Made by a program: the position numbers and the translations under genes. A DNA stretch of 64,000 bases from assembly GCA_963814495.1 (NCBI GenBank), contig CAWFDJ010000011.1, positions 129,809-193,808 on the forward strand, read 5' to 3'. Origin of the DNA: an uncultured bacterium. Lineage in GTDB: Bacteria; Actinomycetota; Geothermincolia; Geothermincolales; Geothermincolaceae. This document shows, in pieces, positions 8,705 to 19,167 of the stretch. Under the pieces are notes generated by a model that did no database searches, was not told the origin of the DNA, and was given only the letters and a program-made list of their open reading frames with translations. How positions within the stretch are numbered: the stretch's first letter is position 1; each line of letters opens with the position of its first letter.

Positions 8705-9752
8705 TTACAGCTGCCAGAAGGGCGACAGGGCGGACCTGGTGGCCTCGATGACCTCCTGGGCCCGGGTGGCGGAGCACTCCTCCGGCAGCGAGGTCTCCTG
8801 CAGCCGCAGGTCGCTTGAGGACATGACCGCGATGGTGTTGAAGGCCGAGGCGGCGATGGCGTTGAGGTTGTAGCCTCCCTCCAGGGTGGCCAGAAGCCTG
8901 CCCCCGGCGTATTCCCCGGCCAGCTCGCCCAGTATCTCCGTCATGCGGGAGTAGCTGTCCACGGTGAGCTGCATGGAGCAGAGGAGGTCGGCGTGGTGGG
9001 CGTCGTAGCCGGCGGCGATCATCACCAGCTGGGGCTGGAAGGACCGGGCCACCGGCAGGATCACTTCCTCGAAGGCCTGCAGGTAGGGGCCCTCTCCCGT
9101 GAAGGCGGGAAAGGGGAAGTTGACGGTGTAGCCCTTGCCGCGGCCCGACCCCGTCTCCTGGGAAGACCCGCTGCCCGGGTAATGGGGGTACTGGTGGAAG
9201 GAGACGTAGAGCACCGAAGGGTCCTCGTAGAAGATGTCCTGGACGCCGTTGCCGTGGTGGGAGTCCCAGTCGAGGATCATCACCCGCTCGATGCCGTGGT
9301 TCACCTGGGCGTACCTGGCGGCGATGGAGATGTTGTTGAAGAGGCAGAAGCCCATGCCGCGCGCCGCGGTGGCGTGGTGGCCGGGGGGGCGGCACAGGCA
9401 GAAGGCGTTGTCGATCTCTTTTGCGAAGACGCGCGTCCACGGCGTCGACAGCGGCGCCGGCGGCGTGGAGGGCGGCCTCGTAGGAACGGGGGGAGACGGG
9501 GGTGTCCATGTCCAGGTGCCCGCCCCCCCGGGCGGCCAGTTCCCTCACCCTGTCGATGTGGGCCTGCGGGTGCACCAGGGCGACGACCTCCTCGCTGGTG
9601 GCCTTGGGCTCGCGCTGGTCCAGCTGGTCGATGAGCCCTCCTGCCTCCAGCTGCTCGAGGGTGGCGGTGAGCCGCTCCGGCCGCTCGGGGTGGCCGAAGC
9701 CGTTGTCGTGTTCGAGAAAGATCGGATGGTAGTAAAGGGCCGTCTTCTTCAT
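8705..9752 (-). CDS. histone-deacetylase-family (arginase/HDAC fold) amidohydrolase, one frame break near 9428
   Basis: MKKTALYYHPIFLEHDNGFGHPERPERL...AVDAVDA | RVFAKEIDNAFCLCRPPGHHATAARGMGFCLFNN...ILDWDSHHGNG...GYDAHHADLL. ATG 9752 lies 8 nt after AAGGGAGA. Confidence 0.85.
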
Positions 9753-9803
9753 GTCCACTTTCTCCCTTTATGGGTTGGGGCACTTGCGCGGCTCCGGGGT
9801 TCG

Positions 9804-10843
9804 CTAACGCGGGCGGCAGGCCCCGCAGAAATCCTTCCTCCGTCCCAGGTCGGAGATCTTCACCACGTCGCCGGTCTGCGGGGCGTGGATGTAGTTGCCG
9901 TCACCCACGTACATGCCCACGTGGCCGTAGCCGTGGAAGAACACCAGGTCTCCCGGCTGCAGGTCCGCGTACGAGACCGGGCTGCCGCAGTTGTGCTGCG
10001 CGTAGGAACTGTGGGGCAGGTACACCCCCACCTGGGCGTAGCAGTACATCACCAGGCCGGAGCAGTCGAACACGTTCGGGCCGGAGCCGGCGTAGACGTA
10101 GGGCTTTCCCAGCTGGGCGTAGGCGACCCTGACCACCGCCGGGGCGTTGGGGTTGGGCGGGGGCGTCGGGTAGACGGGCCTGGAGCCGGTCGGGGGCCGC
10201 GTCGTGGGGGTCTGCCGGCTCTGTTCCTGCGCGATGAGCGCGTTGACCTCGGACTCCACCCCGGCCAGCAGCGACTTGCGCCGGGCCAGCTCGGACTCGA
10301 TGGAGGCCTTCTGGCTGGCCACGTCGCTCATGGCCGCGGTGCAGCTCCGCCCTGCGGGCCTCCAGGTCCTGGGTGGCCGCGCTCAGGTCGTCGCGGGCGG
10401 CGCCGACCGAGCGGATGATCTCGACGTCGTAGTCGCTGATGCGGCGCGCCAGGGACATGTTGCTGATGAAGTCGTCCACGCTCTTGCAGTCGGTGAGCAC
10501 CTCCAGCACGTCGGTGTTGCCGTTCATGTACATCTCGCGCAGCCGGGCCCCCAGGATGGCCTGGCGTTCCCGGATGGTGGCCTGCATGGAGGCGATCTCG
10601 GCTTCGTTGCGCTGGATGGCCGCCTGGTTCTCCTCCACCCGCAGCACGGCGGAGTTGTACTGCTCCACCACGATCTCCATGCGGTTGTCGATGGCCTGGA
10701 CCTCGTTCTTGATCTGCTCGAGCTGGCTTCTTCTTGTCCTGGACCGATTGGGCCGGCGTGAAGGTGATGGCCGGCAGCATCAGCGCCGCGGCCACCAGCA
10801 GGGCCGCGAGGGCCCTGAACGGGACTTTTTCTTCTCTATGCAA
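9804..10843 (-). CDS. RipA-like peptidoglycan endopeptidase: signal peptide, coiled coil, NlpC/P60 (two frame breaks)
   Basis: TTG 10843 after AAGGAGG. LHREEKVPFRALAALLVAAALMLPAITFTPAQSVQDKKK / QLEQIKNEVQAIDNRMEIVVEQYNSAVLRVEENQAAIQ...ATQDLEARRAEL / MSDVASQKASIESELARRK...GKPYVYAGSGPNVFDCSGLVMYCYAQVGVYLPHSS...GDLVFFHGYGHVGMYVGDGNYIHAP. Breaks near 10725 and 10335. Confidence 0.85.
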
Positions 10844-10970
10844 GTATATTCGACCTCCTTGCAATCGACTACAACTATCATTTCCCCACCCCGCCCCCCA
10901 TACCCTTGTGGGGCCGGACATAAAAAATCAGGTTATATCATAACATATCGGGGGCTCCGGCCCAATGCGG

Positions 10971-12741
10971 CTAGAGCTTGAAGACCAGGGTGACCTCGTT
11001 GCCTTCCCGGTTGAAGAGCACGTTCTGGGCATAGTGGTTGACGATCCACAGGCCCCTCCCCCGCACCGAGAGGAGGTCCCGGCCCTCGTCCACGTTGCGC
11101 CGCGAGACATGTTCATAATCGAATCCCGGTCCTTCGTCCCTGACCTTGATGTAGGCCAGTCCGTCGTCCTTCTTCAGGGTTATGTATATCTTCTTCGATG
11201 TATCGCAGAGGTTGCCGTGTTCCATGGCGTTGTGGATTATCTCCTCCAGGCAGAGCCGGAGGATCATGGTGTCCTCGCCCTCCAGCTCCCCCAGGGTCTG
11301 CAGGACGTTGCCGATGACCGAGCGGATCTCCTTGATGTCCGTACCGATGGTCATGGTCAGGTCGTACTCCTCCTCCAGGTCCATCACCAGCACGGCGACG
11401 TCGTCGGGCTGGGGGGCGTCGCCGGTGAAGATCATGATCTCGTCGATGAGGTGGTCGAGGAGGGTCTCGATGTCGTTGTCGTGGTGCTCCCTGACGAATT
11501 CGGTGAAGCGCCTGCGCCCGTAGATCTCCCCCAGGGAATTGAGGGCGCCCGGTCAGCCCGTCGGTGAAGAGGATGAGGCGGTCCCCCCGCTTGAGCACCA
11601 GGGTCCTCTCCTCGAACTCCCCGTCTTCCTTGAGGCCCAGGGGGTACCCCTCCGCCTCCAGCGACTCCAGCTCCCCGGTGTCCCCGCGGACCAGCAGGGG
11701 AGCGTCGTGCCCCGCCTTGGAATAGGTGAAGCTGTGGGTGGTCCCGTCGAAGAAGCCGTAGAAGAGGGTGGCGAAATTGTACTGGGACTCGTGGAAACAG
11801 CGGCGGAAGGTGGAGTTGGCCTCGGAGAGGATTATCCCGGGGGAGGTGTGGTTCTTGCCCAGCTCGTACAGGGAGGTGGTGAGCACCGCCATGATCAGGG
11901 CCGCCGGCAGGCCCTTGTTGGCCACGTCGCCGATCATGATCCCGAACTTGTTGGGGCAGAACTCGGAACGCAGGGTCTGGCACTGGTCCTGGATGCGCGG
12001 CGAGCAGTAGAAGCAGAACTTGGAGTCCTTGGCCAGCGGGATGACGCTGTAGAAATCGCCCCCCACGGCGGAAGCCGGCATCAGGCGCGCTATCAGCTTC
12101 ACCGCGGCGCAGGGCACGTGCTTGGCGATGATGGACTGCTGGATCCGGCTGGCCAGGGAGAGCTCCTTCTCCAGCTCCTCCTGCTTGTGCCGCAGGCGGT
12201 GGTAGAGGAGGGCGTTCTCGATGGCCACCGCTCCCAGGTCGGCGAAGGCGGACAGGTACTCCAGGTCCTCCTCGGTGAAGCGGTGCTCCCTCAGGGTGGA
12301 GATGTTGAGCACGCCGATGAGGCGGTCCTCGGCCATCAGCGGGATGGCCAGGGCGCTGGTCACCTGGGGGTCGGTCCCCTTGAAGCGCTCGTCGGAGACT
12401 ACGTCGTGCAGGATGAGGGGCTGGCGGTGCTCGGCCACCCACCCGGCGATGCCCTGGCCGATGGGGACCCGCGCGTTGGCCGCCTCGCTCTTCAGCCCCC
12501 GGGAGGTGACCAGCTCCAGCTCATCCTTGCGGGAGTCCAGGAGCATGATGGAGCCCCGGTCGGCTCCCAGCAGCCGGATGGCCAGGTCCACCACGTTGTC
12601 CAGGCGGGTGGGCAGGTCCAGGGAGGCCGTGAGGATCTGCCCCACCTGGTAGAGAGCCCCCATCTTCTGGAGCTGGCGGTGGAGCATCTCCAGCTCCAGC
12701 TTCGTTTCCTGCGGCTTATGCACCGTCTTTTCGTCGGCCAT
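10971..12741 (-). CDS. GAF - PP2C(SpoIIE) phosphatase - HATPase (RsbW-like anti-sigma kinase) fusion protein, one frame break near 11550
   Basis: GAF region (LDNVVDLAIRLLGADRGSIMLLD...IPLMAEDRLIGVLN). PP2C region (SRIQQSII..., VGGDFYSV, IGDVANKGLPAALIM, LILFTDGLTG | ALNSLGEIYG...). C-terminal kinase-like region (LCLEEIIHNAMEHGN...IKVRDEGPGFD...RGRGLWIVNHYAQ). Confidence 0.85.
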
Positions 12742-12784
12742 CTTTCAAACCTCTTCGGGCGGGTGACGGGGATGATGTCGCGCG

Positions 12785-13132
12785 CTAGCCTTCGAAACTG
12801 GAGAGGGCATCGTCCTCCACTTCGTACAGGTCGATGATCTTGGTGAAGCGCACCACGTCCAGGAGCTCCCGGATGGTCTCGGTAGCGTTGAGGATCTTCA
12901 GGGCGCCCTTGTTCTGCTGGGCCTTCTTGAAGGTGTCCGCGATGATGGAGAGGCCCGCCGTGTTGATGTAGTTCATGCCCGCCAGGTCCAGGACGAGGTT
13001 GTAGCATCCCCCTTCCAGCACGCCGCCGATGACGTTCTCGAACTCCTCCACCGTCTCCGAGTCCACCACTCCGTCGATGTCGATGACGGCGATGCAGTCT
13101 TCGGGCCCGGCCTTGCGAACCGAGATTTCCAT
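12785..13132 (-). CDS. STAS-domain anti-sigma-factor antagonist (SpoIIAA/RsbV-like)
   Basis: Intact 115 aa, MEISVRKAGPEDCIAVIDIDGVVDSETVEEFENVI...LVLDLAGMNYINTAGLSIIADTF. Immediately upstream of the PP2C-kinase fusion on the same strand. Confidence 0.88.
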   Translation of the reverse strand: MEISVRKAGPEDCIAVIDIDGVVDSETVEEFENVIGGVLEGGCYNLVLDLAGMNYINTAGLSIIADTFKKAQQNKGALKILNATETIRELLDVVRFTKIIDLYEVEDDALSSFEG

Positions 13133-13383
13133 AAGGACCTCCTTCTACTCCCCCTGGCATTTTCGGTGACCACCTGGTCATACCGCATTATCGGAACAGA
13201 TTTATCATAGCATAACCCCCGCGGTCGGGGCAGGAAGGAGAGCATGTCGGCACGGGGCACGATATGTTGGGATTCCGTGTATATCAATGATACCATATCT
13301 TGAGAAAAGAGGTAATTTGTAAAAGATAGCAGAAATATTATCCTGGATGCCGGATCCGGCCGGCACGCGCCGGATGTAGAGTT

Positions 13384-15442
13384 ATGCGGGGTGAGGCTTT
13401 GTCCCTGTCCGGTCTGCCCTTTCCGTTCACGGCCGTAGTGGGCCAGGAGCGCATGAAGATGGCCTTGGTCATCAACGCCGTCAACCCCTCCGTCGGGGGC
13501 GTATTGATCAAGGGCGAGCGGGGCACCGGTAAATCCACGGCGGTGCGCGCCCTGGCCGACCTGCTGCCGGAGATCGAGGTGTCCGGGGGGTGCCGCTTCT
13601 CCTGCGACCCCGGCGAGGCCAGCCGCATGTGCGAGGAGTGCGCGGGCCGGCTTGCGGAAGAGGGCGGCCTGGAGACCGTTCAGAGGAAGGTCCGGCTGGT
13701 GGACCTGCCCCTCAACGCATCCGAGGACCGCGTGGTGGGGACCATCGACATCGAGGCGGCCATCCAGCGGGGCGAGAAGCACTTCGAGCCGGGGCTGCTG
13801 GCCCGGGCCAACCGGTCCATCCTCTACATCGACGAGGTCAACCTGCTGGACGACCACATCGTGGACATCCTGCTGGACGCGGCGGCCATGGGGGTGAACG
13901 TGGTGGAGCGGGAAGGGGTCTCCTACGCCCACCCCGCCACCTTCATCATGATCGGCACCATGAACCCCGAGGAGGGTGAGCTCCGCCCGCAGCTGGAGGA
14001 CCGCTTCGGGCTGTGCGTGGAGGTCCGGGGCGAGCGGGATTGCGACGCCCGCGCGGAGGTGATCCGCCGCCGCCTGAGCTTCCTCAACGACCCGGAGTCC
14101 CTGCGCGAAGCCTTCCGCGAAGAGCAGGAGGAACTGCGGCAGCGCATCGTCCGGGCCCGGGAGCTGCTGCCGGGAGTGGCGATGCCCGACCCCATGCTCG
14201 AGCTCATAACCTACATCGCGGTGGAGTTCGAGGTCTGCGGCCACCGCGCCGACCTGGCCATGATGAACGCCGCCCTCGCCGCGGCGGCGCTGGAGGGCAA
14301 GGAGGAGGTGGAGGTCGAGCACATCAAGGCGGTGGCGGAGTTCGCCCTGGCCCACCGCCTGCGCAAGGGGCCCTTCGACCAGGAGATGAAGGACCTGAAG
14401 CGGCTCGACCACATCCTGGAGAAGCGGCTGGCCCCGGCGCCCCTGCGCATCCAGACGGGCGGAGCCGGCGAGGAGATGGCCGCCGCGGCCTTCCCGGCCG
14501 GGGGCGGAGCGGAAGGGAGCCGAGCCCGGGGAGGAGCGGCAGCCGGCTGCCCCCTCCGGCGAAGCCGGGAAGCGCCGGGAGGCGGCGGAGGCCGCGGCCC
14601 CCGCGCCCAGGCTGGAGCCGGCCGCGTCGGCCCGGGGCGTCCGGGGCGGCAGCGGCAAGCGCACCCCCACCATCACCGACACCGGCGTGGGCCGGACGGT
14701 AGGGTCCCGCATCCCGCGCGCCGACCGCGACGAGGAGGTCAAGGACATCGCCTTCGACGCCACCATCAGGGCGGCGGCCGGGAGGGCGCGGGGCGAAGAC
14801 GGAGTCGTTGCAGATACGCCGGGAGGACCTGCGGACCAAGGTCAGGAAGCGCAAGGTGGGCAACCTGGTGCTGTTCGTGGTGGACGCCAGCGCGTCCATG
14901 GGCGGCGGCGGCCGCATGGACGGCGACCCGGCAGGCCATCCTGGCCCTGCTCAAGGACGCTTACCAGAGACGCGACAGGGTCGGGCTGATCTCCTTCAAG
15001 GACGACCGGGCCACGCTGGTCCTCAACCCCACCTCCAGCGTGCAGCTGGCCGGCATCTACCTGAAGGAGCTGTCCACGGGGGGCGCCACCCCCCTGAGCC
15101 ACGGACTGGCCCTGGGGCTGCGGTGATGAAGAAGGAGGCGCAGCGCGACCCCGACATGCTGCCGGTGCTGGCGCTGATCACCGACGGGCACGGCAACGTC
15201 TCCCTGAAGTCCGATGACCCCCTGAAGGAGAGCCTGGCCCAGGCCCAGGCCATCCAGTCCGAGGGCATCCACGGCCTGGTCCTGGATACCTGCCGTAACG
15301 CGGGAGCGCCCGACTCCCCCGCCTACCGGGGAGGCACCCCCGCCTTCCGCATCGCCCAGGCCTGGGGGCCGACTATCACCGCCTGGAGCAGCCCCAGGCC
15401 GAACGGATCGTCTCCTGGGTGGAGGACAGCCTGCGGCGCTGA
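13384..15442 (+). pseudogene. ChlI/BchI-type AAA+ ATPase fused to ChlD-type Pro/acidic linker and VWA domain (about five frame breaks in the 3' 1 kb)
   Basis: [87 protein letters not shown]. Downstream pieces in other frames: [30 protein letters not shown] / [37 protein letters not shown] / [27 protein letters not shown]...[12 protein letters not shown] / [25 protein letters not shown]...IHGLVLDT / LGADYHRLEQPQAERIVSWVEDSLRR. Breaks near 14480, 14795, 14925, 15122 and 15362. Confidence 0.8.
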
Positions 15443-15605
15443 AAGGGCCCGTCCCGGGAGCCGCGCCGGGTGACAAAGTTTTCTACAAATGGTAATCTAC
15501 TTAGTGATCATGCTATGCGCGAAGTCGGGGGGAACAGCGCCGGCGCGGTGCCGGAAGACGGCGATCGACGCCCGTTGGGCAGCCGGCGGCACAAGAGGGG
15601 ATAGC

Positions 15606-17458
15606 ATGGAGAAGCGCGAACAGTCGACGGAAGAAAGCCTCGAACGCAAGAAGCGCATCTGGGATCTGGTCATGCTCCTGGCGGTCATCTGCGTGGCCTT
15701 GCTCCTTGCCGGCATGGTGTTCTTCTCCTCCTTCAGCAACGACGTGGTGCGCTACGTCATCCAGGGCGTCTTCTCCGCCCTCATCCTCGCCCTGAGCCTG
15801 TTCGTGGTCCTGGAGTCACAGCGGTACCGGGAGCAGAACCACTCCCTCATCGAGGAGGTCACCGACCTCAACCTGCGCTTCGGCATCCTGGCGGACGCGG
15901 TCAGCGCCGTCAGTTCCACCCTGGACCTGGACGAGATGGTCAGCAACATCCTCGGGGTCATGCTCAGCCTGACCGGCGCCAACATCGGGGCGGTGCTCCT
16001 GCCCGACGAGGACGAAGAGCACTTCCAGGTGGTGGCGCATCGCGGCTTCCACGAGCTGGCCGTCGCCGCCCTGCAGATCCCCCTCGACCGGGGCAACATC
16101 GGCAAGGTCTTCACCACCGGGCAGGTGATGATCCGCGACCGACCTGCCGGAGGACCCCCGGGCGGCGGAGATGTACCTGGACGGCAAGAGCCCCGTCACC
16201 CAGATCATCATGGCCCTGCGGGCCAAGGGGGAGACGGTGGGCGTGGCCATCACCGCCACCATGCAGCCGCACGACTACACCCAGGAAGAGGTGAGCCTGC
16301 TGGCCAATCTGTGCCACGAACTGTCGGTGGCCATCATCAACGTGGACCTCTACAAGCAGAGCCAGAAGACCCTGCAGTGGCTGTCGGACACCCAGGAATA
16401 CACCGAGCACTTCATCGAGGAGATCATCGCCGGCGTGGTCATGATCGGACGAGGAACGGCAAGGTCATGTACTTCAACCGCGAGGCCGCCCTGATCACCG
16501 GGGTGGAGGCCAAGGAGGTCATCGGCAACGGACTACCTCGACTTCGACAGGTCGGAATCCCTGCAGCCGCTGGCCCCCTTCCGCAACCTGCTCAACGTGT
16601 GCCTGCAGGACAACCGGGTCTTCCGCCGCCACGAGATGGTCATCAACAACCGGGAAGGCCGCCGCGTCACCCTGTCCTTCAACGCCTTCCCGCTGCACCG
16701 CTCGGAGGGCGAGCCGCTGGGGGCGGCCCTGGTCTTCATGGACGTCTCCACCCTCAAGGATATGGAGGCGCGCCTGCGGCAGCAGGACCACCTCTCCATC
16801 CTCGGGCAGATGGCGGCCAAGATCGCCCACGAGGTCAAGAACCCCCTCTTCGCCATCATGGGGCTGGCGGACGAGTTGCAGGAGGACGAGAAGGACCCGG
16901 ACCGCGGCCACCTCATCGACATGATCGGCCGGGAAGCCAACCTGTGCAACCAGTGGATCTCGGGGATGCTCTCCTTTTCCAAGGCGCCCACCGCCGCGGC
17001 GGTGGCGGCCGAGCCCTCCTACCTCCACCTGCCCGAGCACCTCCACCGGCTGCTGGGCGACTTCACCCGCACCAACGGGCGGGAGAACCTGCGGTTGGTG
17101 GAGGACTACGAGGAGGACCTGCCGGAGATCAAGATGACCTTCGACCAGTTGCGCCACGTCTTCACCAACCTCTTCGAGAACGCCTTCCACGCCATGCCCC
17201 AGGGGGGCGTGCTCACGGTGCGGGCGCGCAACTACCCGGGACGGCCACGTGGAGGTGCGGGTGGAGGACACCGGCACCGGCATCAACCCGGACATCCTGC
17301 CCAACATCTTCGCGCCCTTCTATACCAACAAGGACGACGGCACCGGCCTGGGGCTGGCCATCGTGCAGAAGATCATCCTGGACATCGGGGGCTCCATCGA
17401 CGTACGCTCGCAGGTGAACGTGGGTACCACATTTATCCTGAAACTTCTGGTAAACTGA
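15606..17458 (+). CDS. membrane-anchored GAF-PAS sensor histidine kinase (about four frame breaks)
   Basis: Two TM helices (IWDLVMLLAVICVALLLAGMVFF; VIQGVFSALILALSLFVVL). GAF (LDEMVSNILGVMLSLTGANIGAVLL... / MYLDGKSPVTQIIMALRAKGETVGVAI). PAS (KVMYFNREAALITGVEAKEVIG / ...VINNREGRRVTLSFNAFPL). H-box LSILGQMAAKIAHEVKNPL. ATPase boxes NLFENAFHAM / VRVEDTGTGI...GTGLGLAIVQKII. Breaks near 16135, 16450, 16545 and 17245. Confidence 0.85.
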
Positions 17459-17493
17459 TATAGGCGTTCTGTATATCCGTCCGGTGAGGGAAT

Positions 17494-17868
17494 ATGGCGG
17501 ATAAGAACATGGGCAAACTGATGATCGTCGACGACAACGAGGGCGTCCGCCACCTCGTCTCCCGCTGGCTGGAGCGGGCCGGCTTCTCGGTGTCCCAGGC
17601 CAAGGACGGAGCGGAGGCGCTGGACCTGATCAAGAAGGACCCCCCGGACATCATCCTGGCCGACATCCGCATGCCCAAGATCAACGGGCTGGAGCTGGCC
17701 CGCATGGTCAAGCGGGAGTTCCCGGACACCAAGGTGGTCCTGATGACCGCCTACTCCTCGCCCCAGACCATCGCGCAGGCCAAGCGCGAGGGCGTGGACG
17801 ACTACCTGGAGAAGCCCTTCACCCAGGACCAGGTGGAGAAGACCGCGCGCGAAGTGATGACCCGCTAA
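17494..17868 (+). CDS. single-domain CheY-like response regulator
   Basis: Intact 124 aa. KLMIVDDNEGVRHLVSRWLERAGFSV...PDIILADIRMPKINGLELARMVK...VVLMTAY...DYLEKPF. Confidence 0.9.
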   Translation: MADKNMGKLMIVDDNEGVRHLVSRWLERAGFSVSQAKDGAEALDLIKKDPPDIILADIRMPKINGLELARMVKREFPDTKVVLMTAYSSPQTIAQAKREGVDDYLEKPFTQDQVEKTAREVMTR

Positions 17869-17974
17869 GGCGGCCCCTTGGCCACCGTACCCGACCACCG
17901 TTCCCGCGCCTGGCACGTGCTCAACGCCTGGCCGCTCATCCTGGTGGTAGTCGCCATGATCACCCTCTTCTCGA

Positions 17975-18346
17975 ATGGAGTCGGCGGCGCACGGCCGCAA
18001 TTCCTGGGCCCGCCTGTTCCTGTTCACGGCGCTGAGCGTCTTCTACTACGTGTGCGCCATCAGGGTGGTGGAAGCCCAGGGCAAGGTGGGGAAGTGGGAC
18101 CACTGGCTGCCCAGCATCCACCTGCTGGTCAAGGGCGCCGATCACGGCACCCTCTGGACGGTCCTCTTCTTCGTGCCGGTGGTGCACGTCTTCATGTTCA
18201 TGCTCATCAGCTTCAAGCTGGCCGGGGTGGCCGGCAAGAGCAAGGCCTGGGGCTGGCTCCAGCTCATCCCGGTCGTGCACGTCTTCGCCCTCTACTACGT
18301 GGTGGCGGCCATCCAGGAGAAGGAGTGGGCGGCAGGCCCCCGCTAG
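17975..18346 (+). CDS. small integral membrane protein, unknown function (possibly longer, start near 17878 with a frame break)
   Basis: Hydrophobic helices (ARLFLFTALSVFYYVCAI; LWTVLFFVPVVHVFMFMLISF; WGWLQLIPVVHVFALYYVVAA). An upstream frame from 17878 encodes another helix (LNAWPLILVVVAMITLF). Confidence 0.45.
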   Translation: MESAAHGRNSWARLFLFTALSVFYYVCAIRVVEAQGKVGKWDHWLPSIHLLVKGADHGTLWTVLFFVPVVHVFMFMLISFKLAGVAGKSKAWGWLQLIPVVHVFALYYVVAAIQEKEWAAGPR

Positions 18347-19155
18347 CGCAGGGCCAGAGGCTGCTGGCGCGGACAGCGGCCCTCGAAGACCGTGATGGTC
18401 TCGTAGCCGGCCTCCTCCAGCATCGCCAGGGCCAGGTTGAAGTCCCGGCCCACCTCGTCCGGGGTGTGGGCATCGGAGCCCAGGGTCACCGGGATGCCCA
18501 GCTCGCGGCAGCGGCGCAGGAAATCGGGGGCGGGGTAGACCTCCCGCACCGGCTTGCGCAGCCCCGAGGTGTTCAGCTCCACCGCCAGGCCGGCGCGGGC
18601 GACGCGCTCGAGGCACTCGCCGTAAAGATCCTCCAGCTCCCCTTGCGGGCGGAAGCCGAACTTCTTCACCAGGTCCGGGTGGGGCAGGGCGTCGAAGAGG
18701 CCGCACTCGGCCGCGTCCGCCAGCGTCTCGAAGTAGCGGCGGTAGAGGAGGTCGATGTCCCGGCCCTGGTACTCCGCGAGGTTGCGCGGGTCGTCGAAGG
18801 CCCAGCCGTCCACGAAGTGGACCGAGCCGTAGACGTAGTCGAAGGAGTAGCCGCCCAGCAGTTCCTCCAGCCGGTCGAGCACCTCGGGGACGTAGTCGGC
18901 CTCGATGCCCAGGCGGATGGGGATGTCCGGGAACTCGGCGCGCAGCGCCTCCACCTCCGCGATGTACAGGGGCACCTCCTCCAGGCCCATGGCCAGGTGG
19001 GGGTCGTCCAGGTGGAGCAGGGGGAAGTGGTCGGCGAAGCCCATCTCGGCCAGGCCCGCCTCCCGGGCCGCGAGCACGTAGTCGCGCATGGCGCCGGAGG
19101 CGTGGCCGCAGCGGGGGGTGTGGATGTGGTAGTCGACCAGGAAATGATCCCGCAT
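18343..19155 (-). CDS. PHP-family histidinol-phosphatase-like hydrolase
   Basis: Intact 270 aa. MRDHFLVDYHIHTPRCGHA...MGFADHFP...GIEADY...GSVHFVDGW...LPHPDL...VELNTSG...TLGSDAHTP are the PHP metal-binding motifs. Confidence 0.8.
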   Translation of the reverse strand: MRDHFLVDYHIHTPRCGHASGAMRDYVLAAREAGLAEMGFADHFPLLHLDDPHLAMGLEEVPLYIAEVEALRAEFPDIPIRLGIEADYVPEVLDRLEELLGGYSFDYVYGSVHFVDGWAFDDPRNLAEYQGRDIDLLYRRYFETLADAAECGLFDALPHPDLVKKFGFRPQGELEDLYGECLERVARAGLAVELNTSGLRKPVREVYPAPDFLRRCRELGIPVTLGSDAHTPDEVGRDFNLALAMLEEAGYETITVFEGRCPRQQPLALR

Positions 19156-19167
19156 GTCCCTCCAGGC

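Noticed and set aside
13133-13383. Cobalamin riboswitch in the AT-rich 250-bp divergent region upstream of the ChlI/ChlD-like gene.
   Set aside because: No B12-box-like GCCACTG element or the usual GC-rich paired regions are visible. It is most simply a divergent promoter region. I could not define -35/-10 pairs confidently enough to list them.
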